From assembly GCA_964019425.1 (NCBI GenBank), contig OZ025802.1:372001-436000 (forward strand): a DNA stretch of 64,000 nucleotides. The letters run 5' to 3'. This document shows, piece after piece, positions 61,901-64,000 of this stretch. Origin of the DNA: Flectonema sp. DT1601. Lineage: Eukaryota. The first letter of the stretch is position 1, and every line of letters starts with the position of its first letter. The notes under the pieces are model-generated. The model was given only the letters and a program-made list of their open reading frames with translations, was not told the origin of the DNA and did not search any database. The position numbers and the translations under genes are program-made.

Positions 61901-64000
61901 GGCCGACGGCGTCAGGCGAAGACAGACCACGAGCCGAAGCGCCGGCCCAGGAGGAAGCGCGGACGACGGACGCACAAGGAGCGGAAGCAGTAGGGCTGAG
62001 AGACGAGCCAGCACAGGAAGTGGGACAACCCGAGGAAAAAGAGCACCCACCCCCCGACCCCCCGTCGAAGGAGGAGAAGCTGTATGCGGTGGCGGTGGGA
62101 TGGAAACCGGGAGTGTATGCATCGTGGGAGGAGGCGAAGGCACAGACGGAAGGGTGCCCGAATGCGACACACCAGAGTTTCTCCTCCAGGAAGGAGGCGG
62201 ACAGGTTTGTAGAGAGGTGGCAGCCGGAGACCAGGGAACCGACCCGGGCCACGGAGGGAGTCAGCCCACGTAAGTGGTACGCAGTGGCGAGGGGCAGGGC
62301 GGTAGGCCTGTTCCAATGCTGGAACGAGGCGAACTCGATGGTGTCAGGCTACGCGGCGGCGAGACACAAGAGTTTCGCAAGCAAGGGGGAGGCGGAGGGA
62401 TACCTCCGAACCCACCTGCTGGGGGAGGTGGTGGGGGAAGTAGGGACGAGGTACACCTTGGTGTACGCGTGCGAGGTAGACCCGGTAACGGGCCGTCTGG
62501 GGGCGGCGGCGAGCTGGCTGGACACACACCGGTTCGAGGTGTTGGGCACATGGTCAGCTGGCCTGCCAGCGGGAGACACACACGGGGGGCGATACTTCGC
62601 AGCCCTGGTGGGGCTGGTAGCGGCCAAGGCGTGTGGAGGCCTCGTCCCAGCGGAGGCATCCCTGCTGCTGCGAGGAAGCACGACACACTGGTCGACGGAC
62701 CAGAGAGAGGTGCTGGAGGAGGCGGATTTGATGGGGAGGCGTACGACGCTGGTGGAGATGCCAGAGGGGATGAGAACACACGCGACGGAGGAGGCGGAAA
62801 AAGCGGCGAAAGAGGGCTCGACCTCAGTGACGGAAGCCGTGATGAAGGTTTTCACAGAGGGGGCAACGAACTGCCTGGGACACGGGACACGGACGGGGAG
62901 TCCCTTCACGGTGCGGTGGGAGGGAAGACAACTGCGTCTGGAACCCCGGTACACGGAAGGGGGGACGGGATCGTCAGGCGGCCGAGAGTCGGTGGAAGGA
63001 GAAGACGCGAGGGTGGAGGGCCGAGACGAGCAGAGCCCGGTCCCAACCCCGAAGGGGGCCGTACAAAGGGTAGAGGCGGGAGTCCTGGAGTTGAGCTCGG
63101 AAGGGTCGGAGGGAGATGACGATAGATCATCCTCCCCAGCGACAGGGCAGGACGAAGGGAACGGTTCCATGTCGGGAGGCTCCTTGGGGAGTCCAGGGAC
63201 GTCGGACATGGAAGCGGAAGAACAGACGGACGAAAGGGACCAGTCCGTAGACCCGTCGGCAGCAGAAACCTCAGGCGAAAACCATCACCTGGCCGAGGAC
63301 CTGCAAGCCGAGAATGGGGACGAGCTGGACGAGACGTCCCATCACTCAGGAGAGCCACCGTCGTCAGACGGCATGGACGGAGTGGAGGGGTTGAAGGACC
63401 TGGAAGACTCACAGTCGGAGATGGAAGTCGACGGAGAAAATGTGACGGAAGGGTCAGTAGTCCAGTACGTCGAGGAGACGTCAGAGGACGTGGTCCAGGT
63501 GGCAGAGTCGGACACAGAGGAGGAGGGATCGTCAGACTCCCAAATGACCATGACGGTCGATGAACAGGAATGGGAAGAGGGAGCGGCGCCTGAGGGGAAC
63601 GCAGGTCAGATGGCCTGGATGCTGGGACTACACCCAGAAGGGGGGAACGCGGAAACACGACGGGAGGGCCAGTCGGAGCCCCTTTCAAAGCTGGTGAACT
63701 CAGGCGAAACAAAACCAATGGCCGAGAGATCCAGTTTGGGGGCGAAGATGGGACCACGCGCAGTGGGTAGTGACGGGAGCGGGGAAGACGCAGAGAGATC
63801 GCCGGGCACGGTGTCAACACCGAGCACGAGAGGGAGGACGAAGTACAGAAAGGGAATGGAGGAGGAGAGGGAGGAGTGTGTGTCGCCGAAGACAAATACG
63901 GGAAGGGGACGCACGAGAGGCCGGAAGGCAAAGACGGGGGCAAAGGGGGCCGGAAAGGAGGACCCAAGTCCGCAGGTGTTGCAGGCGGAAATGGGAGAGT
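55924..64000 (+). CDS. Retrotransposon polyprotein of copy B (partial, open at window end)
   Basis: ATG at 55924, collinear with 43920-52442. I saw no stop and only an in-frame 3-nt insertion near 62897; OTU, RT, RLE and USP (CYLNASVQCL) motifs are retained. Confidence 0.88.
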   Translation, partial: MEKTMLLCGYVLLWALLSGTRAQQTSGVGKQRLAPVPGGWHTPLFTTLDKGPLFSSRISRRVTRPIPPHPFITPNSSNSPNNTASGRAFQHGREGVWVPRRGTETAGNRVRRDHPKPPPDKGGRELLKRASPKVASKAARRLERRRRKLLKERQERWERWAGELEKFHARRERFRAETERPRKNKAETPKKRRAGPERDWTKPGGYKAEPRPWYARPSDLAGGGQSKERTKCPVVGCSVWVRGDLEYHFKQHLKGVVPGEVTAQMASDRLGKQICKACGELSTGLVHQTVRCREMLDLKGRLGVATGPTPELASLKCEGAKVFRVIGDGNCLFRSVCQLLETPEGWKGRHGELRRRTAGYLTKNRERFEVFFQDADAFGVYARALEEDGCWGDALALQVMAEDLQCRFVVVVRTETLVVEGPSDPKRTLVLTLQNGCHYDPVEASEDCVARLLQSARRLELVSPGPLSQAAGGEPAVLQTASRQAQLHECPQAECPKHKGGFEEWAELLRHVDEHAFSGNPLTHGQLARLGLRECPVCCGIIGQDQPMHPGCSEKLQKVQLGDVYTAFRKRVLESQSFPSLEEIASRRRPIAKKLPVSLLHHLGRALKLSLDLVVERNDEWAWKLLLMLPTCTLRRIRRGGRRLSTSDLTGAVDDLQAWIRGEFEGLWKAAAPRKATGRPAVKEAGQKGRNDRATSLAREGCLSQAISALDAPPPAERTEKVLEQMRTLHPRASGPPSATAGQEVQIAEVELLACLRSFHRGSSGGPSGLAPQHLKDVVERGEVPGLVASITEVVRILANGRAPREVAPLLAGANLTALEKEGKPGEHRPVAVGETWRRLVAKILCGAYRSQARSSLLEVRQLGVAVSGGVEAAVHTLHEFRAEHALSSQKVFVKIDFSNAFNCVKRGAFLDSTRDTLLESWVSWCYGAPTWLLFGDERLSSEEGAQQGDPLGPLLFSLAIKPALQKVLEAKPELACFYLDDGLVAGTLEQVDKALQILQKETAELGLTLRPDKCQTHVLDSAQNTLPLGWGLEGMRPPLYNGDFLGAPFGTEEHCQEFVDRKVAQLEKKAELLADLQDRQVAMVLLRQCMGFCKVTHLMRCCTHGKMDTSMRKVDELMRSTASRVLGLTLEGPKWMQAQLPTRMGGLGLRSCAEHRGAALLGSLELVQGVSKSLWEGFKGVLMPALKKGLNLALPEELRIEEDGPGPNPQRLSSAKLDQVKRDCLLAGADDPRDKGRLLSLRMDKASAWLQQADEECAMDPETFRIACGMRLGAALFAEGAVCRICSGPQDRQGYHASICIKNGHVHQRHERVKEEFISIFKQAGLPLLREPSHLLGPNKQRPGDWYCQEGLREGRGRAFDITVVNPGKIKVYKTPGQAAREAESLKGNKYAEQCTKHGINFSTIALEAYGGMGREAVGTLKKLVQICATNSTVPHREIAGEMARRISTSVVVATAEALRAREASVAMDSVNPLPRTKPPPEMTEKPTPQEREPRPRAETEEIQQPEAMLQSAGPNPTMSGLPNIGNSCYLNASVQCLLKGTALTQVLTGKEEVGMSGLLSGVVKGSGECLEKLSKMFDPLQDRRQGEVVGTLTSIVDALLEEKKEECEPLFSAVQLKQLVCTGCADASGSTDELTLIPLCGRTPQVRLQPTKERVERSCEKLCGSNEATLEESFASLPSSLIFQRDKQDTQGSLGWEERFQVQVGERVMTYQQTGAIAHLGSDNAGHYVSYTWDGVGWQKQDDKAISQVSTEEIHGTKPVVVVYSRVEGSTQEDVGVPVRWIPVANKDRMEVREAPPSEEDTAGYTSREEAECVLRTRVVGGQTQRKLLLLVSSVWNAEMEKLGAAACLIHMGTLDRRFTWSGCLPTWDEATAEYVAALLGLNAIRERSQLLGGETQIEVVTPQQGWGVEQQEALKLVALPSVIEHQVTESPRGVENLALWEAESAAWDEPVELSEDGLDYLVIELEMNLGLSHLRGKTAEPVESQSLPGGPTASGEDRPRAEAPAQEEARTTDAQGAEAVGLRDEPAQEVGQPEEKEHPPPDPPSKEEKLYAVAVGWKPGVYASWEEAKAQTEGCPNATHQSFSSRKEADRFVERWQPETREPTRATEGVSPRKWYAVARGRAVGLFQCWNEANSMVSGYAAARHKSFASKGEAEGYLRTHLLGEVVGEVGTRYTLVYACEVDPVTGRLGAAASWLDTHRFEVLGTWSAGLPAGDTHGGRYFAALVGLVAAKACGGLVPAEASLLLRGSTTHWSTDQREVLEEADLMGRRTTLVEMPEGMRTHATEEAEKAAKEGSTSVTEAVMKVFTEGATNCLGHGTRTGSPFTVRWEGRQLRLEPRYTEGGTGSSGGRESVEGEDARVEGRDEQSPVPTPKGAVQRVEAGVLELSSEGSEGDDDRSSSPATGQDEGNGSMSGGSLGSPGTSDMEAEEQTDERDQSVDPSAAETSGENHHLAEDLQAENGDELDETSHHSGEPPSSDGMDGVEGLKDLEDSQSEMEVDGENVTEGSVVQYVEETSEDVVQVAESDTEEEGSSDSQMTMTVDEQEWEEGAAPEGNAGQMAWMLGLHPEGGNAETRREGQSEPLSKLVNSGETKPMAERSSLGAKMGPRAVGSDGSGEDAERSPGTVSTPSTRGRTKYRKGMEEEREECVSPKTNTGRGRTRGRKAKTGAKGAGKEDPSPQVLQAEMGE

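Larger units (their letters stand above)
53184..64000 (+). mobile_element. SL-headed CRE-like retrotransposon, copy B (runs off window; carries a nested LINE fragment)
   Basis: Near-identical to copy A; offset 11243 before and ~12004 after the nested insertion. Confidence 0.88.

Noticed and set aside
43781..63967. Numerous long antisense and alternative-frame ORFs (up to 547 aa)
   Set aside because: Shadows of the GC-rich polyprotein ORF; low-complexity translations with no motifs.

Overview
Eukaryotic DNA, almost certainly from a diplonemid (Euglenozoa): two copies of a 39-nt diplonemid-type spliced-leader (SL) exon, a BILBO1-domain gene, and all host genes on one strand. Bases 1-34.2 kb are a minus-strand cluster of 14 host genes (PI-PLC-like, TBC1D31, choline-transporter-like, POLD3-like, THUMP methyltransferase, EF-hand protein, BILBO1-domain protein, single-domain catalase-peroxidase, Frag1/DRAM, lectin-like membrane protein, kinesin-U-box, methyltransferase, two hypotheticals), three with GT-AG introns. 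A structured intergenic segment at 8.5-8.9 kb contains CCCTAACCC and is a telomerase RNA candidate. Bases 34.4-64 kb are a retrotransposon pile. First come stacked 5'-truncated Ingi/I-group LINEs (RT-RNase H) with a PDZ-like insertion inside the RT. Then comes a head-to-tail array of an ~11.2-kb CRE-like (RT + restriction-like endonuclease) element. Its 2840-aa ORF carries two deubiquitinase-type domains (OTU and USP), two RNase H1 hybrid-binding domains and two degenerate RNase H-like folds. Each full copy begins with an SL exon fused to a 186-bp sequence X, which recurs ~465 bp later behind a splice-acceptor-like AG; the two X repeats share a copy-specific variant. Each SL is directly preceded by the oligo(A) tail of a related element, suggesting an element that carries and regenerates its own SL target site. 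All domain calls come from motif recognition by eye, not database searches.
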